IMG/VR virus record: IMGVR_UViG_3300045988_076131 | Location: 1-64,000 of that record | Reading direction: 5' to 3' (one strand) | Source of the DNA: a virus | Length of the DNA stretch: 64,000 nt | Shown: in pieces, positions 53,866-62,478 of the stretch | How the letters are laid out: each line of letters begins with the position of its first letter | Position numbering within the stretch: the stretch's first letter is position 1 | Program-made: the position numbers and the translations under genes | Notes under the pieces: model-generated | What the model was told of the DNA's origin: nothing | The model's database searches: none | The model's input: only the letters and a program-made list of their open reading frames with translations

Positions 53866-54404
53866 TGGCTCGCCTTTATGTCCTTCCTTTTTACTTTAAG
53901 CGACTTAGCACACTTCGTAACAGCCCGTTCGTATTCCCCGTAAACGAACAACTCTATCGAACCACCATTACTACCGAATATCAGACTGTCACCATCTCCA
54001 CAAACATAAACCCTTCCGAAAAAGTTGGGTGGAACAATGACACTCGCACGACCTCCGGCAATAACCGTAAGGGTACTCCTAAGCTCTATTTTGCCATGAG
54101 GTTCTACATAAAGCTCACTTGTGTACCCGTCTTTCTTGCGCTGATACTTGCCGTTGATGAAGTCCGCAAACTCATTCAGTAGAAACTCCTGCGAACACCC
54201 CCAACCGAAAGTTATTGCATCTGCAAGAAACTCAACGCCGTTGGAGTCTAACACCAAGTCCATAAGCTCTTTCTTTGAGGCGCAGCTATCCCACTTTTTC
54301 TTGTATTCTCCGCACAATCCCAACATAAGGGCATTGCGTTTCATGTTTAACAGCTCATTATTGCTCATTTCCGATTTTCTTTTTAACAACACTACGAATT
54401 TCAA
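53853..54404 (-). CDS. hypothetical protein
   Basis: 183-aa ORF. Confidence 0.6.
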   Translation of the reverse strand: MKFVVLLKRKSEMSNNELLNMKRNALMLGLCGEYKKKWDSCASKKELMDLVLDSNGVEFLADAITFGWGCSQEFLLNEFADFINGKYQRKKDGYTSELYVEPHGKIELRSTLTVIAGGRASVIVPPNFFGRVYVCGDGDSLIFGSNGGSIELFVYGEYERAVTKCAKSLKVKRKDIKASQWRK

Positions 54405-54696
54405 TATACAAAGGGTCGCTCATCGTGTACTGATGATATTTGCGGACGCACCGCATAACACTCTTCTCTGTCATGCAGGCACGCTGTGCAATCACTGGAT
54501 ATGTAAATCCGTAGTAGAAGTGCATTATATGAAAGCAGAAGTTGCGAGCAATACTTCTTGCGAGCGGTATGTTTTTCTTTCCAATATAAAGCTCCTCTGT
54601 GACGATAACACTACGCTTGTATTGGCGCATAACAGAACTCACTGCGTTACACACCATATCTTCAATTTTCTGCATCACAACTTCTTTTCTTTCCAT
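54358..54696 (-). CDS. DnaA domain IV-like HTH protein
   Basis: 112 aa; NIPLARSIARNFCFHIMHFYYGFTYPVIAQRACMTEKSVMRCVRKY resembles the DnaA C-terminal DNA-binding domain. Confidence 0.5.
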   Translation of the reverse strand: MERKEVVMQKIEDMVCNAVSSVMRQYKRSVIVTEELYIGKKNIPLARSIARNFCFHIMHFYYGFTYPVIAQRACMTEKSVMRCVRKYHQYTMSDPLYIEIRSVVKKKIGNEQ

Positions 54697-54707
54697 ATAA
54701 TATTTTT

Positions 54708-55115
54708 TTACTTCTTTTTACCACAAAAACCAAAATCGCGCACACGGAAGCCCATACACGGCTCTGACCACGGCGTATAACCAGGAAGCAACAACCCCTG
54801 CTCGACAAGCTTTTCGTGTGCTACTCTTGAAATGCACGGAGAGTAAGTCTTGACTCCCAATTTTGATGCTGTATTCACGTCGGGATATAAAGACTGGATA
54901 ATCTTGTCACGTCTATCGTGCACCGTGATGCCGTTCTGCAAGAAAGGCAAGAAAATGCCTTCTCTTATTACTCCCTGTGCGTCCGCCATTTGTACTACTC
55001 GCCAATCTCGAAGTCGAGCGAAGTTATACACAAAGAAATGTCCGCGCCCCGTTAGGTTGAGTATCGGATTTAGCTTGTGCTCCGGCTGCTCGTTTTGAAT
55101 GTTTTGTTCTTCCAT
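54708..55115 (-). CDS. hypothetical protein
   Basis: 135-aa ORF. Confidence 0.6.
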   Translation of the reverse strand: MEEQNIQNEQPEHKLNPILNLTGRGHFFVYNFARLRDWRVVQMADAQGVIREGIFLPFLQNGITVHDRRDKIIQSLYPDVNTASKLGVKTYSPCISRVAHEKLVEQGLLLPGYTPWSEPCMGFRVRDFGFCGKKK

Positions 55116-55150
55116 AGTCTATTCCATTTAGTCTATCCCATTTGTTTTTC

Positions 55151-55723
55151 TTACACCTCGTCCTTCTTGAGCTCCTTTGCGACCTGCTCCGCAATAATCG
55201 CCACCTGTCCGTCCTCGAAGTTCTTCTTCAAGTCCTCCTCGGACTCTTCTCTTACGGCGGTATTGATTGTATTTTCAAGCTCCTTGGATTTGGTTAAAAG
55301 CCAGTTCAAACGCTCGTTTGCGAACTTTACAGCCTCGTCCATATCGACGAAAGCGGTTGCAGGATGGCAAAGGTTCGCCTCTGTCATAATGATCATGCTG
55401 TCAAGCATATCAGCGTAGGTTGTGTCTGTTTCGGGAAATTTCAAATTCTCCTTTCCTTTGGTTTCGTGCTTCATATCTACGAGATTTGCAAGCCACATGA
55501 AAAGCGAAGCGTCGTTTGCCTTACCCTCTAAGTTTGTAATCCACCGCTTGCAGCGTACCTCCAAGCCGATGTGTGTGTGAAAGATAGCCTCGTCTTTTAA
55601 GAGAACTACGATAAATCTACCGAAATCCTCTACGCAGACAACCTTCTTTCTGTCAATACCTTCGATTGTTTTCAACAACCCTGCGTTGTTGTCAACTGTC
55701 TTTTTACTTGCTGCTTTTGCCAT
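55151..55723 (-). CDS. hypothetical protein
   Basis: 190-aa ORF. Confidence 0.6.
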   Translation of the reverse strand: MAKAASKKTVDNNAGLLKTIEGIDRKKVVCVEDFGRFIVVLLKDEAIFHTHIGLEVRCKRWITNLEGKANDASLFMWLANLVDMKHETKGKENLKFPETDTTYADMLDSMIIMTEANLCHPATAFVDMDEAVKFANERLNWLLTKSKELENTINTAVREESEEDLKKNFEDGQVAIIAEQVAKELKKDEV

Positions 55724-55754
55724 ATATTTATACGTTTATGTGTTTAAATTCGTT

Positions 55755-56264
55755 TTAAAGGCATTTCCTTCGCCCATATTCGCATATCAGCGTTGCGTCG
55801 CACTTGTTATCGTCTACGTTCTTGCACTTGCTTGTACGCCTAAAATCTTCGGTCGGAAACAGTCGTCTTGCGGCGTTGATGGATGTCGCCTTGTTGTCAG
55901 TGCTTTTCTTTCCGCAATAACTCTTGACAACCTTATCGTGACTTATCCAAATCTCCTTCTGCCAAGTCTTCGGAGGTACAAGATGATAGGGTATCTCAAG
56001 CGCAATCAACAGACCTTGCAGTACTCCGAACGTTTCTCCGAACGAGAATGTGGACTTTGCTGACGAACCGAAGATGGCGTGTATCTCCTCCATACAGCAC
56101 ACGCAATTTTCCTCGCACACCGTCTTGATGTTTTTCAGAAATATCGCAATGTCGTGATAGTCGCAATCCTGTAAGGAGCAATACTCGCGCGTGCCATCAG
56201 GGTGCATTACTGCTATGAAACCCTTTGAGCCAGGGTCTATGCCGATGTATGTCTTGCTTGCCAT
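55755..56264 (-). CDS. RuvC-like Holliday junction resolvase
   Basis: 169 aa; YIGIDPGSKG, MEEIHAIFG, FGVLQGLL, DDNKCDATLI acidic catalytic pattern. Confidence 0.7.
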   Translation of the reverse strand: MASKTYIGIDPGSKGFIAVMHPDGTREYCSLQDCDYHDIAIFLKNIKTVCEENCVCCMEEIHAIFGSSAKSTFSFGETFGVLQGLLIALEIPYHLVPPKTWQKEIWISHDKVVKSYCGKKSTDNKATSINAARRLFPTEDFRRTSKCKNVDDNKCDATLICEYGRRKCL

Positions 56265-56265
56265 A

Positions 56266-56751
56266 TTATTTTACTCCCGATGAATTAAAACCGTTGTCGC
56301 CACGCTTCTTGTCATCATTTTCTTCTTTTTTGATGACACCACTCACAAGTTCCGTGTTCGGTATTTCCACAATGCGCATCTGTGCTATCTTGGTGCCGGC
56401 TGGGATAATAATTTTCTTTGACAGATAACCCCCAAAATAATACAAAAGCACACCGTAAACTTTCATTTCTGCTTCCGAAAGTTGCTTAAAACACTCAAAG
56501 TCACAGTCCTTATTTACATAAGTCCGAATTGGAGGTGCAAACCTTTTTTGCTTAACTGCTATTGTATATTCAGATTTGTGTGGAAAAACAGAATCCATAT
56601 CCTCAATAACCGTGCATATAACCATTCCGTCCTCTCTGACTTCCGCATAACTTTCTATTTGCTGCTTTAGCTTTCCGACGGAATTATTTAGAAAAAACTC
56701 TATGGGCGCAAGGTAAATGTCACCAAGTTTTAATTTCTCATTTTTATCCAT
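56266..56751 (-). CDS. dUTPase-like protein (divergent)
   Basis: 161 aa; IPAGTKIAQMRIVEIP and C-terminal RGDNGFNSSG resemble dUTPase motifs 4 and 5. Confidence 0.4.
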   Translation of the reverse strand: MDKNEKLKLGDIYLAPIEFFLNNSVGKLKQQIESYAEVREDGMVICTVIEDMDSVFPHKSEYTIAVKQKRFAPPIRTYVNKDCDFECFKQLSEAEMKVYGVLLYYFGGYLSKKIIIPAGTKIAQMRIVEIPNTELVSGVIKKEENDDKKRGDNGFNSSGVK

Positions 56752-56754
56752 AAG

Positions 56755-57182
56755 CTACTCCTCCTTGTCTTTGATTTCTATAAAATCACCGACTCCCAAA
56801 CGAGCGTTGTTGATGCAATTACATATCCAACCCATGAGGTATGCCTGGTGCTCATTTCTGCCGTTATACATCCTTTCCAAATCGCACGCATCGTTGATAG
56901 ACGATAGAACATGATAAGCCTCATGACAGTTTTCATAGTCATATCGCTCTTCTTTGGAAATACAACGAGATTGCCGAAGTATTTCCCTGCCTTACTCATA
57001 CATTCGTCATAAACCATACCTCCGTAGCTTCCTTCACTCATAGGCTCGCCGTTGTGAACAAGAGGCTCGCCTTTCATGTTAGTAAAGCATTTGTCTATTT
57101 CTTCTTCCGACGTATTGTACATCACCCAAAGTTTCCTTGGGTAAATCTGCGGTGTATATTCGTAATATCCTTTCTTCTTCAT
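56755..57182 (-). CDS. HExxH metallopeptidase-like protein, split by an apparent 1-nt deletion in an A4 run (plus T4 56930-56933)
   Basis: track frame ends in odd sequence; with A5 it reads ..SDMTMKNCHEAYHVLSSINDACDLERMYNGRNEHQAYLMGWICNCINNARLGVGDFIEIKDKEE, stopping 3 nt before the next ATG. Confidence 0.55.
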
Positions 57183-57535
57183 AATTCACGAATTAGCTTA
57201 GTTATACGCTTGTATACCTTAATAATGATTGGAGCATCAAACCATTGTGTTTTAACGATATATGTCCTACCTTGTTTTATAACTCCAACGAGTTGGGCAT
57301 TACCCCAGACTCCATACAAATCTATACGATACGCTCCCTTATCTGTAGCCACAAGATAATAGGTCTCTGTACCAAACAACTCTTTGCTACCAGACATTTC
57401 TACGATTTTATCGACAGAGTAAACCGTAATAGTGTCGTACAACTTACGATTGCCTCCTTGGAATCTCAGACTCCTGCTACACGATGCCAATAGCGACACC
57501 ACCGCAACTAATACAAATAATAAAAACTTCTTCAT
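57179..57535 (-). CDS. lipoprotein
   Basis: 118 aa; MKKFLLFVLVAVVSLLASC lipobox. Confidence 0.65.
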   Translation of the reverse strand: MKKFLLFVLVAVVSLLASCSRSLRFQGGNRKLYDTITVYSVDKIVEMSGSKELFGTETYYLVATDKGAYRIDLYGVWGNAQLVGVIKQGRTYIVKTQWFDAPIIIKVYKRITKLIREL

Positions 57536-57542
57536 ATCTCAA

Positions 57543-57914
57543 CTATTTTATTTTAACTATGTCAACTATTTCTATTGGCGCAATAGATTTGATATAATGA
57601 TACCCTAACGGATCTGTATAGTTCAAGCTATTCCACCCTCTCCCGACACGAACATACGGAACCCTGCATGTACGGATGTTTATGCTATCCGCTTTGTCAG
57701 GGTAATGGATAACAATGGTTGCAGAATACCATACCGTATCGTCTTTAACAAATCCGCCGTTCTTGTATTTTTTACTTTGCCAAATAACAAAACCAAAGAT
57801 TAAAACCGCTAAGGCAAAAAGTGATAAAAAACACATTTCTGCACTCCAGTCATTCAACCATCTTTTCACGTTCATATCCTCAATATTTATTTGTGCAACC
57901 TTCCGATATGCCAC
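57543..57914 (-). CDS. membrane protein (1 TM)
   Basis: 123 aa. Confidence 0.55.
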   Translation of the reverse strand: MAYRKVAQINIEDMNVKRWLNDWSAEMCFLSLFALAVLIFGFVIWQSKKYKNGGFVKDDTVWYSATIVIHYPDKADSINIRTCRVPYVRVGRGWNSLNYTDPLGYHYIKSIAPIEIVDIVKIK

Positions 57915-58117
57915 TTAGAGCACAGTTCGCAGAAATACGGACGTTCTCCCATTGTTTTCAGCTTCGGGTTCTGCTCAAGAAACTCCCATGCCTCATCCTC
58001 GGTATCGTAGCCAACCTTCTGCTTCCACGAGTTCCCCTTGCGAGTCCAGTGCCTTGCGTCGGGATGCAAGGTGGAGTAGGGTGCTTTGTTGTGGTATCTG
58101 TTTTTGCTCATATCCAT
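57887..58117 (-). CDS. hypothetical Zn-ribbon-like protein (start trimmed to MDMSKNRYH)
   Basis: the upstream part of the track ORF overlaps the MTase gene; C-terminus YFCELCSKWH. Confidence 0.5.
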   Translation of the reverse strand: MDMSKNRYHNKAPYSTLHPDARHWTRKGNSWKQKVGYDTEDEAWEFLEQNPKLKTMGERPYFCELCSKWHIGRLHK

Positions 58118-58713
58118 TTTACGGTTGTTTCTCCGTTGTAACCTTTCTGCCATACAAACCATGCGTAGCTGACTGCACTGCCGCCCCCATTGCGCATTGC
58201 AGCGAACTTGCCGTTCTTTGCGCATAACACTCTCTTTGAGAATTGCAGTACGTACTTAGGTGGCGTGTTCTTATAGAGCCTCTCGTAGCGTTTCTGCCCC
58301 TCCAGGAATGTTGTCTTGAGAAACATCACACACAAACCTCCGTCGTGAAGCAAGTCAAGCGAGTGCAGCACGAACTCCAATGCGTACTTGTAGGGTGGGT
58401 TGGTCAGTATGCACTTGCAGCTGTCGGGCATCGTGTCCGCTTTAAAGAAGTCCTGCACGCCGCCGTAGCCTCGGTCTATAAGGTCGGTACTCACTACATC
58501 GTGCCCGAACTCAATAAGACGCTCTGACAAGCATCCAGTACCACAAGCGCACTCCCATATCTTCTTCGGCAGCTCGAAGTTGCGGACAAGTCTGTCAATC
58601 GCAACAGGGTTCGTAGCGTAGAAATCATGCTCCTCACGCTCCTTGTCCGTGTGGTTGCTCGCACCGATGGTTATGAAGGTGCTCTTGCCGTTTCCGTTCC
58701 AGTCCTTAGTCAT
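58108..58713 (-). CDS. N6-adenine DNA methyltransferase (NPPY type)
   Basis: 201 aa; ECACGTGCL (motif I) and ILTNPPY (motif IV). Confidence 0.8.
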   Translation of the reverse strand: MTKDWNGNGKSTFITIGASNHTDKEREEHDFYATNPVAIDRLVRNFELPKKIWECACGTGCLSERLIEFGHDVVSTDLIDRGYGGVQDFFKADTMPDSCKCILTNPPYKYALEFVLHSLDLLHDGGLCVMFLKTTFLEGQKRYERLYKNTPPKYVLQFSKRVLCAKNGKFAAMRNGGGSAVSYAWFVWQKGYNGETTVKWI

Positions 58714-58868
58714 TTTTTCTGCATTTCATTGTTGAACTCTCTTTGTAATATCCGTTCGATATTCGCAGGCGACCCATACCAATCATACTTCTCCTCGGCC
58801 GGAGCATTTTCTGCTGCCTCAATGGAGTTTTTGAGTGCTTCACACGCCTCTTTGTCCGAAAGCCCCAT
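58710..58868 (-). CDS. small hypothetical ORF (52 aa), possibly the 3' part of a frame-broken 78-aa gene starting at 58945
   Basis: MGLSDKEACEALKNSIEAAENAPAEEKYDWYGSPANIERILQREFNNEMQKK; TGA overlaps the MTase ATG; a G4->G5 change at 58863-58866 would fuse MAKIVLDPEESAIEAFAKLFLVLQETWG upstream. Confidence 0.4.
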   Translation of the reverse strand: MGLSDKEACEALKNSIEAAENAPAEEKYDWYGSPANIERILQREFNNEMQKK

Positions 58869-58946
58869 GTTTCTTGTAGCACTAAAAATAGTTTGGCAAA
58901 TGCTTCTATTGCGCTTTCCTCGGGGTCTAAAACAATCTTCGCCATA

Positions 58947-59722
58947 TCACTTCCTTGTTTTATCAAGTTCCATAATTGTAAGTATCGCATAGTTCGCAAG
59001 GTCAAGCAGGGAGTCTTTCATACTCTCGCCCTTCACCTTCGCCTCGTCAGACATCAGAGACTTCACGCGCTTTAGCTTCTCGGACAGGTGCCCGTAGGCG
59101 TATGTCATACCACACTCCTTAAACAGCTCCGCAAACTATTGCCGTAGTCGTGATTTTTAGCCTTGAAGGTGTCGTACATACCGTTGGTAATGTCGCGGAA
59201 CGCATCGGCATCTCCAGTTGGATGCTCTGTAAACGCGGAAGGCTTTGCAAGAACGCCAACTGGGTCAGAGGTAAATCCGTAATACTCCATACGGTATCTT
59301 TTACCGCCGCTACGACTGCCACCCCAAAAGGCGTTGTACGCCCAGTTGTTTTTCGGAATCTCTGCACTGAAAATGGGGTAGAGATTAGCGTCGATGGCAC
59401 GTATTCCGCGTTGCATCACGTCGCCCAGGGATATGTAGAGCGGTTTCTTTCCGAGCGCATCGCTGCGAACCTTGATGTACTCGCCGACCCATGCGCAATG
59501 CGGGTCTTTCTTGTCTGCTAAGCTTATCAGCTTCGGACCGCCGCATACCTCGAAAAGCGGTACTTGGAGCGTTACATAATTTTTGTCTCCGTGCGGAGTT
59601 TTCAGCGTTGTCAGATACTGGATGGATTCACACATATCCGTGGCACCTTGATGCTTACGCTCGATTTTGTTATTGGGCATCCTAAACTTCAAGCCCTCCT
59701 TAATGTCCTCTCTGTTAATCAT
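58947..59722 (-). CDS. fusion of an unknown N-domain with a DUF1599-like domain, split by an apparent 1-nt deletion (plus AAA 59133-59135)
   Basis: ..MYDTFKAKNHDYGNS then, with TTTT instead of TTT, FAELFKECGMTYAYGHLSEKLKRVKSLMSDEAKVKGESMKDSLLDLANYAILTIMELDKTRK, a DUF1599-like helix bundle. Confidence 0.55.
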
Positions 59723-59727
59723 TGTTA

Positions 59728-59940
59728 CTACTCCTTTCTTTGTAAAAAATCCATTAACATTTCGCGGTTGTCAGAATTATTATCTAAGCCGTAAACTTCA
59801 ACGATATGATTATCTACAACCTTATTCCATAGTTCGCAAGGAGTAACCTCACGAAATCCAACCTTGGCAAATCCGCTGTCGGCAAGTCTGTTTATTATCT
59901 TTATCATTCTCGAATTACTATCCTTTGCTACTCCTTTCAT
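59728..59940 (-). CDS. hypothetical protein (trimmed to MKGVAKDSNS...)
   Basis: 70 aa; the upstream part of the track ORF is the alternative frame of the neighbouring gene. Confidence 0.45.
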   Translation of the reverse strand: MKGVAKDSNSRMIKIINRLADSGFAKVGFREVTPCELWNKVVDNHIVEVYGLDNNSDNREMLMDFLQRKE

Positions 59941-60331
59941 TATATGGCACCCATATCTCCTCCATCTCGCGCAGCGCAAGCTCGTAGGCGTTTCTGTCTT
60001 TGTTTGTGGGGTTAGACTGCGCATGATAGTAAATGAGCGTGCACATGAGGCGGCGGAACGTGATAGCCGCATTGTAGTATTTCTGCGCATATTGCCCGAA
60101 GTTGTCAAGACAGAGACGGTCTAAACCGCGAGGCCGCATTTCGACTTTTATCGGACGCTCCAGCCACTTAGCATCAGTCGGATCACCGTTGTTCAATTCT
60201 CTTTTCAGGTCGTACGCCTCATCCTTCCATCCGCTCAACGCACCGTCCTGCAAAGCCCTATCGGCGCACTCTGTCTTTGGCTTTGGGCATTTCAGCAAAC
60301 GCTGCAAATCATCCAATAACTCCTGTTTCAT
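59918..60331 (-). CDS. hypothetical protein
   Basis: 137-aa ORF. Confidence 0.55.
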   Translation of the reverse strand: MKQELLDDLQRLLKCPKPKTECADRALQDGALSGWKDEAYDLKRELNNGDPTDAKWLERPIKVEMRPRGLDRLCLDNFGQYAQKYYNAAITFRRLMCTLIYYHAQSNPTNKDRNAYELALREMEEIWVPYNERSSKG

Positions 60332-60720
60332 ATCTCGTTCTTGTTTTCTTTTTCTTGTTTCTTCTTGTTTTCGTAATATCTCTTCAATGCCTCCGAAAGC
60401 TTCTTGTTCGCTTGCCTCTTCGCATCCTCTTTTGCCGACTCTCTTGTAAACAGCGTTTCAATAACCTCTTCTTTGCCGTATTCGTTCATCATTGCCTTGC
60501 CCTTCTTGATGTGGCGTTGTGTCTTTTCTCTTTTGAAGTAATAACGATGCTTTATGATGGTTCTACGCTCTTTATATGTCAGCTTTCGCTGCTCCGGCGC
60601 AAGCTCTTTTTCGTTCGGGTCCTCCGCAGGCTTGAAAAGCTCGTCTTCGTTAAATGAAGATGGTGTTTTTTCGCTTGCGGACTCCATCGCGTCACGCAAT
60701 TCGGAGAACTCGCCGGTCAT
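60328..60720 (-). CDS. hypothetical charged protein
   Basis: 130 aa, K/E-rich. Confidence 0.55.
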   Translation of the reverse strand: MTGEFSELRDAMESASEKTPSSFNEDELFKPAEDPNEKELAPEQRKLTYKERRTIIKHRYYFKREKTQRHIKKGKAMMNEYGKEEVIETLFTRESAKEDAKRQANKKLSEALKRYYENKKKQEKENKNEI

Positions 60721-60752
60721 CTCTTGAAGGAAGTCCGAAGTCCGGGTGTCAG

Positions 60753-61436
60753 TTAGGCTTTCGCTGCTCGTTTCTTCGGTTTTGCAGTCGCGGCCTTCTT
60801 TTTTTTTGCTACAGGAGCTTTTTTAGGCGTTGAGGTCGTCTTTTCTTCTGTTTCTACCTCCGCTGCCTTTTCGGCTGCCGTCGCCTCCTCGTGCTGTGCA
60901 TCAGCTTCGAGCATCATGCGCTCAATCTCACCCTGCTCGTCGTCGGCAACTGACGGCGTTGTATCTTCAGCATCGTCGTACTCTACAATTTTAGTGGCCG
61001 CGAGGTCGGACTCATCGCTCTCAAGCTGCAATCTAATACCGCGTTCACGGAGTTTTAAGATTACCTCCTCGTCGCTCATGGTCATTACCTTCGATTTCTC
61101 CTCTTCGTCCTCTGTGACGGTGAACAGATGATAACGTCGATCTTTCTCGTCGCCCACATTGACATAACGAGCCTCGTCAAGAAACATATACGGATGTATT
61201 CTCACACGCTCTCGTATGGGCGACATACGCCCGTAGTCCGTCTTGTAGATAATCAGTCCTTCGGCATTGCGCTCAATAGCATAATAGGAGAGGTCCCCAT
61301 TGAGTTTGCGAACAAGGGCGAGTGCTTTTATCCAAAATCCATCCTGCTCACCTCTCCACATCTTCGGTAAGCCAATCTGTGTAAGACCAAGGTCGGTCAA
61401 CGCTGATTTCAGCGAGTCTTCTGTAATATTTGCCAT
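60753..61436 (-). CDS. hypothetical protein with acidic region and Lys/Ala-rich histone-H1-like tail
   Basis: 227 aa; ...TSTPKKAPVAKKKKAATAKPKKRAAKA. Confidence 0.6.
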   Translation of the reverse strand: MANITEDSLKSALTDLGLTQIGLPKMWRGEQDGFWIKALALVRKLNGDLSYYAIERNAEGLIIYKTDYGRMSPIRERVRIHPYMFLDEARYVNVGDEKDRRYHLFTVTEDEEEKSKVMTMSDEEVILKLRERGIRLQLESDESDLAATKIVEYDDAEDTTPSVADDEQGEIERMMLEADAQHEEATAAEKAAEVETEEKTTSTPKKAPVAKKKKAATAKPKKRAAKA

Positions 61437-61449
61437 GTTTTTAATAATT

Positions 61450-62478
61450 TTATAAGTTATGAAACAGGTCGCTTTGCCCAGACTGCTGCATCATGGAGCG
61501 ATATTTGTCAAGCTGATTTGTCGGCACGAACAGCCTCTCAGTAACAGAGCTTGTCTTTGTGGCGCATAGGCTCTGCTTGTGTTTGATGTTCCGCACCTCC
61601 GTAAATCTGTCTGCCGGCATGTAATACTCACTTATCAACACCAACTCCTCCTGATTGCAGCACCAGTCGTAAAATTCACTGTGATTGAACGGCTGTGTAA
61701 CCGAAGAGTTCTTGCCATAAGCATTTGTAGAGAAATACGGAATATCCGCATATATAACAGAGTTAGGCTGTATCTTAACCTCTCTGTAGTCCACCTCGGA
61801 GTACCGAAAGCTCTGTAGACGTTCGAGGCTTTCGAGGCTCTGTAGACGTTCGAGACGTTCGAGGCTCTGTAGACGTTCGAGACGTTCGAGGCTTTCGAGG
61901 CGATCAGTGTCGTAGCTTGTAGACAAGCTTGCGAACGAACCCGCCGAATTAGTCTTTAAACACTCCCTTATGGCAGAGCGGAACTTAATCCTCCTGTTAT
62001 GCCAACCCATAACTTCTCTGAGTGCCTCCTTGCACACCTCGCTTACGCCTGGATATAGGTCGCTTAAAAGACCAAAATCTCCGTATATTATAGCATAATG
62101 ACACGCTTTCTTGTACGGCTCAATGGCTTTCGAGTACAGATAATCACGCTGATTATTGCCGAAGCTCCAGCAGCAGGAGATGTATGGGTCGGTGTCTTTT
62201 AGCTTGGAGAAGTCCTCGCGGCTCACCCATCTCGTTTCCATGGCGTATTTGCCGTCCATGCCGTCACGGAAAAGCCTCAACGCCCGTCCGTCTATGTCGT
62301 TGGCGTAGCAGTGTCTATACCTGCCTTCGAGTAGCATTTTATGGGTCACGGCGCAGCCACCGGCAAACAAATCGTAGAAATTGTCAACGTCTTTATACGG
62401 AATCGCCTCCACCAATCTGTCTACTACCTGCGACTTGCTGCCCTTGTACGGAACTCCCCACCACTTGCGCTTAACCAT
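61450..62478 (-). CDS. Dam-like N6-adenine DNA methyltransferase with an internal tripeptide-repeat insertion
   Basis: start set at MVKRKWWGVPYKGSKSQ; FAGGCAV (motif I) and IYADIPY (DPPY variant); RLESLERLERLQSLERLERLQSLESLERLQ insert. Confidence 0.7.
   Translation of the reverse strand: MVKRKWWGVPYKGSKSQVVDRLVEAIPYKDVDNFYDLFAGGCAVTHKMLLEGRYRHCYANDIDGRALRLFRDGMDGKYAMETRWVSREDFSKLKDTDPYISCCWSFGNNQRDYLYSKAIEPYKKACHYAIIYGDFGLLSDLYPGVSEVCKEALREVMGWHNRRIKFRSAIRECLKTNSAGSFASLSTSYDTDRLESLERLERLQSLERLERLQSLESLERLQSFRYSEVDYREVKIQPNSVIYADIPYFSTNAYGKNSSVTQPFNHSEFYDWCCNQEELVLISEYYMPADRFTEVRNIKHKQSLCATKTSSVTERLFVPTNQLDKYRSMMQQSGQSDLFHNL
61813..61902. repeat. 10 tandem 9-bp units inside the Dam-like gene
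   Basis: CTGTAGACG / TTCGAGGCT / TTCGAGACG variants, in frame (RLQ/SLE/RLE). Confidence 0.95.

Noticed and set aside
58706-59005. 99-aa minus-strand ORF from the track
   Set aside because: Its middle and C-terminal sequence (RTKRRVKHSKTPLRQQKMLRPRRS) is not protein-like. Another frame gives a clean 52-aa ORF ending on the MTase start. The upstream part belongs to the DUF1599 gene's 3' end or to a frame-broken small gene.
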